64,000 nucleotides of DNA from Opitutales bacterium (GTDB taxonomy: Bacteria > Verrucomicrobiota > Verrucomicrobiia > Opitutales > UBA2987), in assembly GCA_965226885.1 (NCBI GenBank), contig CBDDEL010000009.1, forward strand, positions 128,001 through 192,000, written 5' to 3'. Below are positions 1 to 10,354 of this stretch, one piece after another. Position 1 is the first letter of the stretch. Every line of letters starts with the position of its first letter. Below the pieces are notes generated by a model. It did no database searches. It saw nothing but the letters and a program-made list of their open reading frames with translations, and had not been told where the DNA came from. The position numbers were made by a program, and so were the translations under genes.

Positions 1-40
1 GGCGCAAAAAATCGGTGGAAAAAAACTCTGGCGGCGTCTG

Positions 41-394
41 GTGCTAGTCGCCGATGATGAAGTCCGTAGAGCACTCCAGGCTTTGCCTGCTAAATTGCGG
101 CAAACAAGCGAGAAAATTCCCTGTGTCTATGAGCCCTATCCAAATCCTGATTTGCAGGCTGAAGGAGTCGAGCGCGACATTCTTGGCCTCTTTGTGGGCG
201 AAGCATTTCCGGATTCAGGATGCGATTTGCTTCCTCTGCCGCCCCAAATATTGCTATTTCTGGATAATATCTGGGACTACTCCGGTCACAATATGCGAAA
301 CTACCGCCATGAGGTGACCCAAACCTACCTCCATGAATTAGGGCATTATGTCGGTTTCGATGAGGTGGATCTGGAGAGACGGGGAATGGATTGA
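41..394 (+). CDS. Zincin-like metallopeptidase family protein (true start may lie upstream of the window)
   Basis: HELGH zinc motif, ILGLFVG and I.LF..NI segments typical of the Zincin_1/DUF1025 family. Confidence 0.75.
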   Translation: MLVADDEVRRALQALPAKLRQTSEKIPCVYEPYPNPDLQAEGVERDILGLFVGEAFPDSGCDLLPLPPQILLFLDNIWDYSGHNMRNYRHEVTQTYLHELGHYVGFDEVDLERRGMD

Positions 395-426
395 CTGGCG
401 GTCTTGATTAGCTGACCAAGCCTCAC

Positions 427-1830
427 CTAAAGCGAATGAATGGATGCCTTGTCCACTGCGAGGGCGGCCTCTTTAAGGGCTTCCGAGAGTGTGGGGTGGG
501 CGTGGACCGTCCGGGCCAAATCTTCGGCGCTGCCCCCGTATTCCATGTGAGCCACCGCCGCGGCGATTAATTCGGAAGCGTTTTTGGCCAGGATTTGCAC
601 CCCGAGGAGCCGATCCGTTTGCGCATCGGCAATCACTTTGACAAATCCATCCTGGGCATCCGTGGCGATGGCCCGGCCATTGGCGGCAAGGGAAAATTTG
701 CCTACTTTGATGGCGGTATTGTTTTCCTTGGCTTCAGTTTCCGTAATTCCCACACCGGCGATTTCCGGCTCGGTGTAGATGACATTGGGGATTGTCTGGT
801 AATTTACCTCGCCGTGCCGTCCCGCAATGATTTCCGCCACCGCCACGCCTTCTTCTTCCGCTTTGTGGGCCAACATGGGTCCCTCAATGGTATCGCCGAT
901 GGCAAATATGCCAGGTGCGGAGGTTCGAAAACCGGTATCGGTTTTAATAAAACCTTGGGTCGTGGTCTCGACTCCAGCCTCCTTCAGGCCGAGGCCCTCA
1001 TGGAATGGTTTTCGGCCCACGCAAATGAGAACCTTGTCCGCTTCGTATTTCGAAATGGCGCCTTTTTTCTCAACCAGAACCAAAGTAATGCCATCTCTCT
1101 TTTCGAGTCCGGTGACTTTGGCCGAAGTGTTAATGGACATGCCCTGTTTCTTGAAGAAACGCATGGCTCTTTTGGATATGTCGGGATCGAAAGTGGGGGC
1201 GATGTTGGGAAGAAATTCAATTATCGAAACTTCGCTCCCCAGGCGATTCCAGACAGACCCTAGTTCCAGCCCGATGGCTCCTCCGCCCACTACGACGAGT
1301 TTTTCGGGGATTTTGTCAAAAGCGATGGCCTGGTCGCTGGAGACAACCGTTTTCCCGTCGAATTTGAGAAAGGGCAATTCGACGATCTTCGACCCGGTTG
1401 CCAGGACAATATTTTTAGCCTCGATTTTCTCCGTCCCGCTTTCGGACTGCACCTCGATGGCTCCCTCTCCGGTCAGCCGCCCGAATCCTTTAAAAATTTC
1501 AATTTTGCGACCCTTGACGAGCGCTTCCACCCCTTTACGCAGTCGGTTGACCACTCCATCTTTTTTTTCCATCAACTTTTTCAGGTCGATGGAAACCGGA
1601 CCGGTCTCAATGCCGTGGGATCTGACAGTCTCGACCGTTTGGTGGTAAACCTCCGTCGAGTGCAGCAGGGCCTTGCTGGGGATGCAGCCGACATTCATGC
1701 AGGTTCCTCCAAGGTAGGGGTCTTTCTCCACCAAAGCGGTTTTCAAACCAAGTTGGGCGGCCCGTATTGCGCAGACGTATCCCCCGGGGCCCGAACCGAT
1801 CACGGTTAGATCAAAATTAGATTCCTTCAT
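427..1830 (-). CDS. lpdA: Dihydrolipoyl dehydrogenase (E3)
   Basis: GSGPGG FAD motif, [13 protein letters not shown] redox disulfide, HAHPTLSE C-terminal motif. Confidence 0.97.
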   Translation of the reverse strand: MKESNFDLTVIGSGPGGYVCAIRAAQLGLKTALVEKDPYLGGTCMNVGCIPSKALLHSTEVYHQTVETVRSHGIETGPVSIDLKKLMEKKDGVVNRLRKGVEALVKGRKIEIFKGFGRLTGEGAIEVQSESGTEKIEAKNIVLATGSKIVELPFLKFDGKTVVSSDQAIAFDKIPEKLVVVGGGAIGLELGSVWNRLGSEVSIIEFLPNIAPTFDPDISKRAMRFFKKQGMSINTSAKVTGLEKRDGITLVLVEKKGAISKYEADKVLICVGRKPFHEGLGLKEAGVETTTQGFIKTDTGFRTSAPGIFAIGDTIEGPMLAHKAEEEGVAVAEIIAGRHGEVNYQTIPNVIYTEPEIAGVGITETEAKENNTAIKVGKFSLAANGRAIATDAQDGFVKVIADAQTDRLLGVQILAKNASELIAAAVAHMEYGGSAEDLARTVHAHPTLSEALKEAALAVDKASIHSL

Positions 1831-1833
1831 ACT

Positions 1834-3081
1834 CTAAATTTCGAGGAGAAGCCGGGACGGGTTTTCGATGGCTTCTTTTATTTTGACCAGAAATGTGACC
1901 GCTTCGCTCCCGTCCACCAAGCGATGGTCGTAGGAAAGGGCCAGGTACATCATCGGCCTGGCCACTACTTGCCCATCGACAACCACCGGTCTCATCTTGA
2001 TGGTGTGCATTCCGAGAATACCGCTTTGCGGCTGGTTGAGGATGGGCGTGGAAAGCAGGGAGCCGAAGATGCCCCCATTGGTTATGGTGAAAACACCCCC
2101 TTGCAAATCGTCGATCGACATCCTGCCCTCGCGCGCTTTTCTGGCATAGTTGACGATGCTGGTTTCGATCTCCGCATATGAAAGCGCATCGGCATTTCTC
2201 ACCACCGGCACGAGCAATCCCTTGGGGGTGCTGACCGCCACGCCAATATCGTAATAATGGTTTTGCACAATTTCATCCCCATCGATTTGCGCATTGATGG
2301 CGGGCACTTCCTGCAAGGCCTTGACGGTCGCTTTGAGAAAAAAGGACATGAAGCCGAGCTTTACCCCGTGTTTGGCCACGAAGGCTTCCTGATGCGTTTT
2401 GCGCAGGGCCATAACCTCACTCATGTCCGCCTCGTTGAAGGTCGAAAGGATGGCCGCGGAATGCTGCGCAGCTACCAGGCGTTCGGCAATCCTCCGGCGC
2501 AGCCGGGTCATTTTCTTGCGGGTGACTTTGGGCGAATCGCCTGCCACCGCCGCTGGCTGCATTTGGGGTTGCGCCGGAGTTGGGGCCGGTGCGGGGCTTT
2601 TCGGTTTTATCCGTTTGGTTTCCTTTAAAATATCTCCCTTGGTCACGCGGCCGCCCTTGCCGGTTCCTGAGATCGTGGCCAGGTCTATACCTGTTTCCGC
2701 CGCCAAATGGCGGACTGCCGGAGATTTAATGGGGCTCTTTTTATGCGGTTCTATTTGTGTTTTAATGGGTTCCGGTGGGGGGGCGGCAATTTCCTTCTCA
2801 GCTTCCGGCGATGGTTCGCTTTTGCTGGTTTCCATGGAGGCTTTCACGGAATCGTCGATCAGAGCGATGATTTGCCCAATCTCGACTTCTTCCCCTTCCT
2901 TGGCCTGCAAGGAAATCCGCCCGTTGCAATCGGCCAATCCCTCGGAGGTGATTTTATCGGTTTCCAACTCATAAATGGCCTGGTCGGTTTCAACCTGGTC
3001 ACCATCTTTGACATGCCAAGCCGAGAGAAGACCCGATGTGATGCTTTCCCCGAGGGTTGGAATTTTAACCTCAATTACCAT
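1834..3081 (-). CDS. sucB: 2-oxoglutarate dehydrogenase E2, dihydrolipoyllysine succinyltransferase
   Basis: Lipoyl domain ETDKIT, E3-binding [22 protein letters not shown] catalytic motif, KLGFMSFF. Confidence 0.95.
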   Translation of the reverse strand: MVIEVKIPTLGESITSGLLSAWHVKDGDQVETDQAIYELETDKITSEGLADCNGRISLQAKEGEEVEIGQIIALIDDSVKASMETSKSEPSPEAEKEIAAPPPEPIKTQIEPHKKSPIKSPAVRHLAAETGIDLATISGTGKGGRVTKGDILKETKRIKPKSPAPAPTPAQPQMQPAAVAGDSPKVTRKKMTRLRRRIAERLVAAQHSAAILSTFNEADMSEVMALRKTHQEAFVAKHGVKLGFMSFFLKATVKALQEVPAINAQIDGDEIVQNHYYDIGVAVSTPKGLLVPVVRNADALSYAEIETSIVNYARKAREGRMSIDDLQGGVFTITNGGIFGSLLSTPILNQPQSGILGMHTIKMRPVVVDGQVVARPMMYLALSYDHRLVDGSEAVTFLVKIKEAIENPSRLLLEI

Positions 3082-3147
3082 TAAATCGTAGTTTTTAGCA
3101 GATATTCATCCCGATGCAAGCCGTTGGTTGCACCCGAATGGCATGGA

Positions 3148-4374
3148 TTAAACTCCGGATTCTTTCTCTATAATAATTTCCCTCTCCGTATTTTGAGCCG
3201 GTTTTCGGGACCATTGCAGCTTGGGTCGGCAGAAATACCAGACCAGAAATATGAACATCCCGGCCACCGGATGCCATGCTTGCAGGCCAACTGCCTGGGT
3301 GGGTGCCGCCAGCCATGACATGGCCGGTAGACTGCCGATATTGGCGGGCGATGTGGCCAGAAAAATTGTGGCCAGATAAATATACCAACGCATGGCCGGA
3401 TTTTTCCGGAATACGATACATGAGACCATTGGGATGGCCAGGTATTGCTCGACCAGGGCGCTGGAGGTCACACATACGGCGACCAGATAAATGAGGCAGC
3501 TCTCCAGCGGAGATTTATTTTTCAAGAGCAGGCCAAGCGAAGCCAGGGTAATGATCCAGATCAGCTTGAATCCCGAAAAAATTGGAAGAATGGAAAATGC
3601 TTTTTCAAAGAACTTCACCGGAAAAAACAAATCAATGAGTTGTGGATAAAAGCCGCTCATGTGGGTGGAGCTATAACCGGTGAAAATGAACTTTACCCTG
3701 TCGAAGGCGGCAGGATTTGCTATGACAAAAGGAATAAACGATATTAAAAAAATGAAGGCCGGGACAAAAAATAATATAAGTCTTTCACGTAAATTCAGGC
3801 TTTTGTTGAATAAAAACCAAACGGGAATAAGGAAAAAAATATGCTTAACCGAAAGCGACAGCGCAAGGAGTCCCACTCCCGCCCAGAATTTGAACTGCCG
3901 GTTTTTGCCTCCGGCAGCAAGCAGCCCGCATGCCATGATTCCGGGAAGAATAGCCAGATTTTCGATTTGTGAATGATAGCCGGTTAATAAAAGGGAAACC
4001 GGATTTATGAGGAAGAGGCAACCAGCGGCGAAGGAAAAATAACGCCACAGGGCAAAACCTATAGCGATGTCCGCCAGAGATAAAAACAGGGCGAGCAAAA
4101 GATGGAAATTTTGTATGGAAACGTCATTCAAAAGAGATAATTGAAGGAACCGGATCGCGCCCAGCAAATAGGCCCAAACGGGTCCGTAAACATGTCTCGC
4201 CGTCTCAGCGTAGAAATTCTTTCCCTCTACTACCAGGTCGGATACTATGTAAAATGACTGCACATCGTAATTGTAGCCCAAAAGGGATATGCCTGCCTTG
4301 GCAGCGGTTGCGGCAATTGCAAGCAATGAAAAGACAGTCCACTTATTGGAAAAAATTGAAGGCTCTGGCGTCAT
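3148..4374 (-). CDS. Polytopic membrane protein, possible GT-C-fold glycosyltransferase
   Basis: About 10 hydrophobic segments; YNYD and YGP early loop, FL.NP and QY motifs; downstream of GT2 and methyltransferase genes. Confidence 0.55.
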   Translation of the reverse strand: MTPEPSIFSNKWTVFSLLAIAATAAKAGISLLGYNYDVQSFYIVSDLVVEGKNFYAETARHVYGPVWAYLLGAIRFLQLSLLNDVSIQNFHLLLALFLSLADIAIGFALWRYFSFAAGCLFLINPVSLLLTGYHSQIENLAILPGIMACGLLAAGGKNRQFKFWAGVGLLALSLSVKHIFFLIPVWFLFNKSLNLRERLILFFVPAFIFLISFIPFVIANPAAFDRVKFIFTGYSSTHMSGFYPQLIDLFFPVKFFEKAFSILPIFSGFKLIWIITLASLGLLLKNKSPLESCLIYLVAVCVTSSALVEQYLAIPMVSCIVFRKNPAMRWYIYLATIFLATSPANIGSLPAMSWLAAPTQAVGLQAWHPVAGMFIFLVWYFCRPKLQWSRKPAQNTEREIIIEKESGV

Positions 4375-4387
4375 TTATGTTTCTATT

Positions 4388-4429
4388 CGCTTGAACGTTT
4401 CCAGTGCGCGCTTGAACGTTTCCAGTGCG
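4388..4429. repeat. Exact 21-bp tandem duplication (CGCTTGAACGTTTCCAGTGCG x2)
   Basis: Read directly from sequence. Confidence 0.95.
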
Positions 4430-4451
4430 GAAACCGCGAATCATCTTAATT

Positions 4452-5177
4452 TTATATTTTCTGCCAAATGGCAACTATGGTTTTTCCGAATCGATAAAAA
4501 AACACTTTGTCAAAAATACGGGATAACGGCACCAAAAATCGATCCCAGATTAGAATTTGCCTGATTGTCGGCAACGACTGTCTCAATAAAAATCGATTCG
4601 CGAACGAGGCAAGCATACCGAACATATCCAGATAAAACACTTTTTCACAGAAAACCCCATCAGGTTTCAGGTTAGACAGTGATTTTTGGTTATAGCGCCG
4701 AAAATGACCGATTGCCCGGTCAAATTCTGTATAGAAAAAATCGTGGGCCGGCGCTAGCACTACTAATTTTCCACCGGAATTCAAATGAGAAGCAGCTTCA
4801 ATCAATTCTGCGGCATCATTCTCTATATGCTCAAGCACATCGATATATAAAATTGCATCGAATTTATCATTGGATTCCAAATCCTTTAGTGTTCCTGTCC
4901 TAACCTTTACGCCATCAAGGGCGGGATCGCTGAAAATCTTTTTTTTTAATTCATTTGCCAGATTGGAATCCGGTTCCATGGCTAACCATGAGGATTGATT
5001 CTCATTTTTTAATATTCGTGTTGTATTTCCCAAACCGGCGCCAACTTCTAGAGTATCTCCTTGTATTGCGTAAGATATAGTTGCTCGAAAATAGGACTTC
5101 CAATTTAATGCATGCTTAAAAACTTCAAGTTCTTTCCCGATATAGTTATAACTATCATCAGAGCTATCTTTAAGCAT
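4452..5177 (-). CDS. Class I SAM-dependent methyltransferase
   Basis: LEVGAGLG motif I, DVLEHIEND, GHFRRY; start MLKDSS overlaps the GT2 stop. Confidence 0.88.
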   Translation of the reverse strand: MLKDSSDDSYNYIGKELEVFKHALNWKSYFRATISYAIQGDTLEVGAGLGNTTRILKNENQSSWLAMEPDSNLANELKKKIFSDPALDGVKVRTGTLKDLESNDKFDAILYIDVLEHIENDAAELIEAASHLNSGGKLVVLAPAHDFFYTEFDRAIGHFRRYNQKSLSNLKPDGVFCEKVFYLDMFGMLASFANRFLLRQSLPTIRQILIWDRFLVPLSRIFDKVFFYRFGKTIVAIWQKI

Positions 5178-6174
5178 TCTCTTCCGCCCCCTCGAAAATT
5201 GTTCTACAATCAGCAATATAATCCGTATGATCCCTTGAGGGCATAAACAAAGATGATGAGCGATTGTTCAATATGAATAGTGTCATAATGCCGGCCAGTT
5301 GGATTGCCTGCAGGGAAAATACGATGAGTATAGCTGTTAGTATCGATGCCCATCCAGGGATTGCCAGTTGCGTCAACAACCTGATTCCGATTATAACAAT
5401 AATTGCCATAAATGACAGGAGGGTCATTATACCCGACCCTATTAGCACGCGGACTCCCACAACATCGGCATGAACGGCATAGGCGCTAAGACCGTGTATG
5501 ACAAGGGATTCGAAATTCATTTTGGAATGACCGGCTATTCGTTTGGATCGGCTTATCGGGAGCATGGTATAGGGGATGCGATTTTTGATTACTGTGGCTG
5601 TAAAATGATTCCATAAATCAGAAGATGCGACCACTCGCTGCAGCAGCACTCTTGGTATTATGCAGAAATTGCCTATTTTTATCGATTTCCCCAAAAGCAG
5701 TAAATGGAGGAAGCGATAGATTTGATAAAAAAACTTAAATATAAACGGTTCCGATCTTTTTGATCTTTCCGCGAATACAATCTTCTTTCTTCCTTCTTTT
5801 TGCAGGCGCTCTATTAATTGCTGGATGTGCGTTGGAGAATCTTCTCCGTCACCATCCATTATTAACACTGCATCGGATTTACCGCTGGATTCTATATAGG
5901 ATAATCCGATGGCGATTGCCCTTTGATGCCCCAGGTTTCTCTTAAGGTTTAATAATTCGATCTTATTAATAATATCCGGTTCGTAATTAATTATGCTATC
6001 ATCGGCGTCGATTGTTGAACAATCATTAACGATGAGTATGCTGCATCGATAATTTTTGTCTTTCAAATTGTGATCAATCGATTTTAACAATTCTCGAATC
6101 GAATCCCAGTCGTTATAAACCGGAATCATAATTACAATGTTCTGCAATTTTTCCTCTGTCTTACTTTTTGTCAT
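5170..6174 (-). CDS. GT2 glycosyltransferase, polyprenol-phosphate (GtrB/DPM-like) type with two C-terminal TM helices
   Basis: IPVYND, VNDCST, RNLGHQRAI, MDGDGED motifs; PGWAS membrane tail. Confidence 0.88.
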   Translation of the reverse strand: MTKSKTEEKLQNIVIMIPVYNDWDSIRELLKSIDHNLKDKNYRCSILIVNDCSTIDADDSIINYEPDIINKIELLNLKRNLGHQRAIAIGLSYIESSGKSDAVLIMDGDGEDSPTHIQQLIERLQKEGRKKIVFAERSKRSEPFIFKFFYQIYRFLHLLLLGKSIKIGNFCIIPRVLLQRVVASSDLWNHFTATVIKNRIPYTMLPISRSKRIAGHSKMNFESLVIHGLSAYAVHADVVGVRVLIGSGIMTLLSFMAIIVIIGIRLLTQLAIPGWASILTAILIVFSLQAIQLAGIMTLFILNNRSSSLFMPSRDHTDYIADCRTIFEGAEENA

Positions 6175-6217
6175 AGTAATTTAAGGATCGTCCCGTAAAA
6201 AACGGCATCCAAATTTC

Positions 6218-7019
6218 GGTAGTGTATAAAAAAAGAATGTTATTTTGTATTTTTAGCTGTACAAATAGCGTTAGGCAGTTTATTTTTAGTGCATGGTTAC
6301 TAAAATTATTAATTGTCGGCACTGTGGAAGTGAAAATATCATTAAATTTGGCAAGACGCCCAACCATAAACAGCGCTACCGCTGCCATGATTGTGGTGAA
6401 CAAAGCCGCGAAAACCCCACAGTGAAATACACCGAAGAGCAAAAAGAAATGATCCTTCGAGTCTATCAGGAACGCAGCAGTCTACGCGGTTTACAGCGCG
6501 CCTTCGGGGTGAGTCCCAACACCGTTTTGAGTTGGTTAAAAAAAACGACAATCGCTGCGACCGCTCAAAAGCACGATTCTTGCGGCCCGCCGCCATGATG
6601 TCATTGAACTGGACGAACTGTGGTCTTTTGTGGGGCGCAAGAGCGATGCCCAATGGGTTTGGATCGCTCTTTGCCGACGCACCCGTCAAATCCTCTCCTA
6701 TGCCATTGGGCCTCGGGATTGGTATCGTTGCCGGGAACTTTACGAGCGTCTGCCACGGGCCTACAAAAGATGTGCCACCTACAGCGACTTTTGGAGCACT
6801 TATGATGAAGTCTTTCCTCATAACCGATCCGTGGGAAAAGAAACCGGTGAAACGGCCCATGTGGAACGATGGAACAATACCCTGCGCCAACGACTGGGTC
6901 GTTTCACACGCAAAACCCTCTCCTTTTCCAAGCTTAAGAGTATGCATGAAACCTGTCTGAGACTTTTCATTCATCAATATAATCAAGAATTAGCCACCAT
7001 TCCTACTTAATACACTACC
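6218..7019 (+). mobile_element. IS1-family insertion sequence, 802 bp, copy 1 (apparently intact)
   Basis: Terminal IRs GGTAGTGTAT/ATACACTACC; InsA zinc finger and HTH (6293-6598); InsB DE.W and ERWNNTLRQR to 7010; A8C slippery site at 6538-6546; no target duplication. Confidence 0.93.
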
Positions 7020-7368
7020 CATTCACGGACACTGAGTTGAAATAGGCCGAAACATTCGCAATCGCCAGCCCATTCGCAACCGAGTCGGCAAAGGGCGTCA
7101 GGTCGATGAGGGTGTATAGATCTGCGCCAGTCCCAGAATTGGCACGGGCCATTTGGCTGCCTTCAAAGGGGACAATGCCGTTCTCAGCCGATGAGATTAT
7201 ATAGGAGTCGATTCCCCAACCAGTAAGGAGGTTTGGAGTTATCGTAATGCCGGTGCTTAAATCCGTACCCGGCGAAAGGTTTTCAAATCCCGGATCCGCC
7301 ACATCGGCGGTGGCGGGTAATACGCCGAAAAACAGCATGCCAGAAAGCCAAATTACCTGCTTGATCAT
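7020..7368 (-). pseudogene. Secreted protein, 3'-truncated by IS1
   Basis: Signal peptide MIKQVIWLSGMLFFGVLPATA then DPGFE; frame runs into the IS1 end, which supplies the stop. Confidence 0.65.
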
Positions 7369-7636
7369 ATGGTTCTGTAGATTATCAGGATTTCCCATAT
7401 AATGGGTATGAATCATTGAAATTATCGGCCTTTAAAAACGCTTTGGCAATTTTTTTTGTATCAGCTGGTTAATTATTGCCCTTCCGCCCTTTCTGGACAA
7501 GTTCCGGCAACAGGAAGCAGAACTTCAAAAAGCTGATAATTCAGACGAACCAGGCGATGTAAACAAGGTATATTGGCGTAAGGTTCATTCCACCAAGCAA
7601 AATCACTTATGGAATTAGCCGCCAGATCACTCTTTG

Positions 7637-8503
7637 TCAGGTCGCTAAAGTCGATCGTTTCAATTCAAGCTGGCTCTGGTAGATCGAACCTTGTCTCAGC
7701 GCCGGAGGCAGAGGGATGCGAATGGGCACCTCTGAAAGGCGGGGTCGGTAGTTCGGCATGCCCCGCAAAATACTGCCATTGAAGGTTTTGATGAAATCAT
7801 CCCACTTGGCGTGTATCATCAAAGGCCAGGCATCGACCGCACAATACATTAAAAGCAAAAGACGACGTGGTTTATCCGAAGTGTTGGGCATGGATGCGTG
7901 AAGCACGCGGACGTGATGGATCGATATATCACCTGCCTCGAGTACCACGGGCACAGCCCCGCCGGAGACAAATTCCGGCTCAGTCACGGCCCCCACAAAA
8001 TGGCCGTCCTGGTGATGGTCGAGTATTCTCCCTTTGTGAGTACCGGGTAGGACGAGGAGACAGCCGTTCTCTTGGTTGGCGTCATCAAGGGCGACTCCGA
8101 CAGCCAAAAGGTCGTCGTTGGTATGAGGGTGAAATGCCCAGTCCTGATGCCACTCCACCGGACTGCCGCCCTGGGGCAATTTCATATTTAATTTTTGACC
8201 ATTGCATCGAATCGAGGAGCCTATGAGTTGAGCGACGATATCGAGAATCTTGTCATGCCTTAAAGTCTTATCGTAAACAGGATGTTGGTCGGCGGGATTC
8301 TTCAACCGGCGAAGACGGGGATTTTCGGGGGAATGGGATGGCTCCAGATCAAAAACATCGTCGTTGGAGGTCACGCCGGCCGACTTTTCCACGAACTCAT
8401 CTGTCACCGAGCGTAGTTCCGCCACCTCCTCCGCGTTCAACACCTTTTTGACCACAAGGTAACCGTTATCATAATAATATTCTACTTGAGTATCGGTTAA
8501 CAT
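7637..8503 (-). CDS. Phytanoyl-CoA dioxygenase (PhyH) family Fe(II)/2-oxoglutarate dioxygenase
   Basis: WHQD, ENGCL..LPGTHK, H.S.PN.S...RR motifs. Confidence 0.9.
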   Translation of the reverse strand: MLTDTQVEYYYDNGYLVVKKVLNAEEVAELRSVTDEFVEKSAGVTSNDDVFDLEPSHSPENPRLRRLKNPADQHPVYDKTLRHDKILDIVAQLIGSSIRCNGQKLNMKLPQGGSPVEWHQDWAFHPHTNDDLLAVGVALDDANQENGCLLVLPGTHKGRILDHHQDGHFVGAVTEPEFVSGGAVPVVLEAGDISIHHVRVLHASMPNTSDKPRRLLLLMYCAVDAWPLMIHAKWDDFIKTFNGSILRGMPNYRPRLSEVPIRIPLPPALRQGSIYQSQLELKRSTLAT

Positions 8504-8537
8504 TTTTCGAATTTCCAAATCTTGTTCGCTGCTTTAG

Positions 8538-10104
8538 CCCGGATATTTCGTAAAAAAAGTATCGTTGATATGCTTAACTGCTGATATACAGCAGGATAGA
8601 TCAATAATTAAAGCAATATCAGCGATGACAAAAGGTAAACAATTAAAGCTACAGTTGACAAGGGTAAAAGGCCGCCGTGTGCGGGTTGATTTCAAGGGCG
8701 GAGAGGTTACTTCGGATGCCGGACTGCTTTTGATCCGGGAAGTGGATCGGCAGTTGGGCTTGACCGAACGAGCGGCCCGACAGTTAGTGGACAAACGGCA
8801 GAAGGGCAAAGTACGCCATGAGGTATTGGGGATGCTGCGGCAGCGCGTTTACGGGCTGGTGGCGGGCTATGAGGATTTGAACGACTTTGATACCCTGCGC
8901 CACGATCCATTGTTGCAAACGGTAACGGGGCGCATTGAAACGTTGGCCAGCGCGCCGACTTTGTGTCGTTTTGAAAACGGGCAGGATCGGCGGGCGGCCT
9001 TTGCGGTAAACGAGCTGTTGGTCGAACAGTTCATGGGCTCCTTTGCCGAGGAACCCGAAGAGATCATCCTGGACTTTGACGCCACCGACAATCCGGTGCA
9101 CGGGCTCCAGGAGGGACGTTTTTTCCACGGTTATTATGATCATTACTGTTTTCTGCCGCTATATGTTTTTTGCGGTGATCAGCTGCTGGTGGCCTACCTG
9201 CGGCCGAGCAAGATCGATGCCAGCAAGCATGCCGGGGCCATCCTCAAATTGCTGGTTAAACGGATTCGCCAAAGCTGGCCCCGTACGCGGATTATTTGGC
9301 GCGCCGACAGTGGATTTTGTCGAGACCGGATACTCTCTTGGTGCGACCGCAACGAAGTTAGTTACATCGTGGGGATGGCTCGCAATGCACGCTTGCAGCA
9401 AGACGCCCAGCAGTTGCAAAAGCAGGCCAAAGAATGGTTCGAACTAAGGGGTAAAAAACAACGGTTATTCCAGGACTTCGTCTATGCTGCCGATTCGTGG
9501 CGATGGCTGCGGTTGGTCATCCATAAAGCCGAACACACCGCACAGGGGTCCAACCCGCGCTTCGTGGTGACGAACCTGCCGGGCGATCCCCAGGAGCTTT
9601 ACGACAAGGTATACTGTGGCCGCGGTGAGATGGAGAACCGGATCAAGGAACAGATGCAATTGTTCAGCGAACGCACCAGCGCGCATAAATGGTGGGCCAA
9701 CCAGTGGCGATTGCTCTTGTCGGGGCTGGCCTACACCTTGATGGAAGCCTTGCGCCGGTTCGCATTAAAAGGGACGAAGTGGGCGCGGCTCCAATGCCAC
9801 AGTCTACGGCTAAAATTAATCAAGATCGGAGCGGTCATCGTGCGCAACACCCGAACGATTCACTTTCATCTAAGTGAAAGTTATCCATGGGCCAGTCTTT
9901 TCAACCATGCGGCCCGCCGGTTGGTGCCAACCTAAAGGGCGCATTGGTGCTGCCCCCGGCACTACCGAACCAATGGGGGAAAGGGGGCAGTGTCTCTACA
10001 CCCTGAAAAACACCTAAAAATCAAGACGATCTGCTCAAAATACAAAGAAATCCATCTCCAATAGCAATAACGAGCCAAACTTTACCCTTCATGAAATATC
10101 CGGG
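8538..10104 (+). mobile_element. IS1380-family insertion sequence, 1567 bp, full length
   Basis: IRs CCCGGATATTTC/GAAATATCCGGG; flanks TTAG and CTAG. Confidence 0.92.
8625..9935 (+). CDS. IS1380-family DDE transposase
   Basis: TSDAGLLL, LDFDATD, RADSGF, YCGRGEMENRIKE motifs. Confidence 0.93.
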   Translation: MTKGKQLKLQLTRVKGRRVRVDFKGGEVTSDAGLLLIREVDRQLGLTERAARQLVDKRQKGKVRHEVLGMLRQRVYGLVAGYEDLNDFDTLRHDPLLQTVTGRIETLASAPTLCRFENGQDRRAAFAVNELLVEQFMGSFAEEPEEIILDFDATDNPVHGLQEGRFFHGYYDHYCFLPLYVFCGDQLLVAYLRPSKIDASKHAGAILKLLVKRIRQSWPRTRIIWRADSGFCRDRILSWCDRNEVSYIVGMARNARLQQDAQQLQKQAKEWFELRGKKQRLFQDFVYAADSWRWLRLVIHKAEHTAQGSNPRFVVTNLPGDPQELYDKVYCGRGEMENRIKEQMQLFSERTSAHKWWANQWRLLLSGLAYTLMEALRRFALKGTKWARLQCHSLRLKLIKIGAVIVRNTRTIHFHLSESYPWASLFNHAARRLVPT

Positions 10105-10354
10105 CTAGCATTATGCAGCCTGATGTTGGCCTGATTGAGATCGAAGGTCATCTTGTTAAAGGCATGTGCCAGGTCGCCCAATTCATCCTTTGATCGGACA
10201 TCAATGCAGTGCTCCAGATTGCCCTGTGCGAACTCCTCTGTTCCTACGATTAGAGAATCGATGCCGCTTGTAATTACCTTTCGCATCCTGCGGCTGAGCA
10301 TGAACGAGATCGCCACGGTCAGAAGTCCTATAACCATAATGACGACCATAGTTA
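10105..10354 (-). pseudogene. Internal fragment (TM + HAMP) of a sensor protein, between two IS ends
   Basis: Hydrophobic segment followed by GNL...I.VRSKDELGDLAHAFNKM HAMP signature; both ends are IS junctions. Confidence 0.8.

Noticed and set aside
595..2974. Long plus-strand ORFs opposite lpdA/sucB, and similar shadow ORFs throughout
   Set aside because: Antisense or alternate-frame shadows of well-supported genes, with no recognisable motifs
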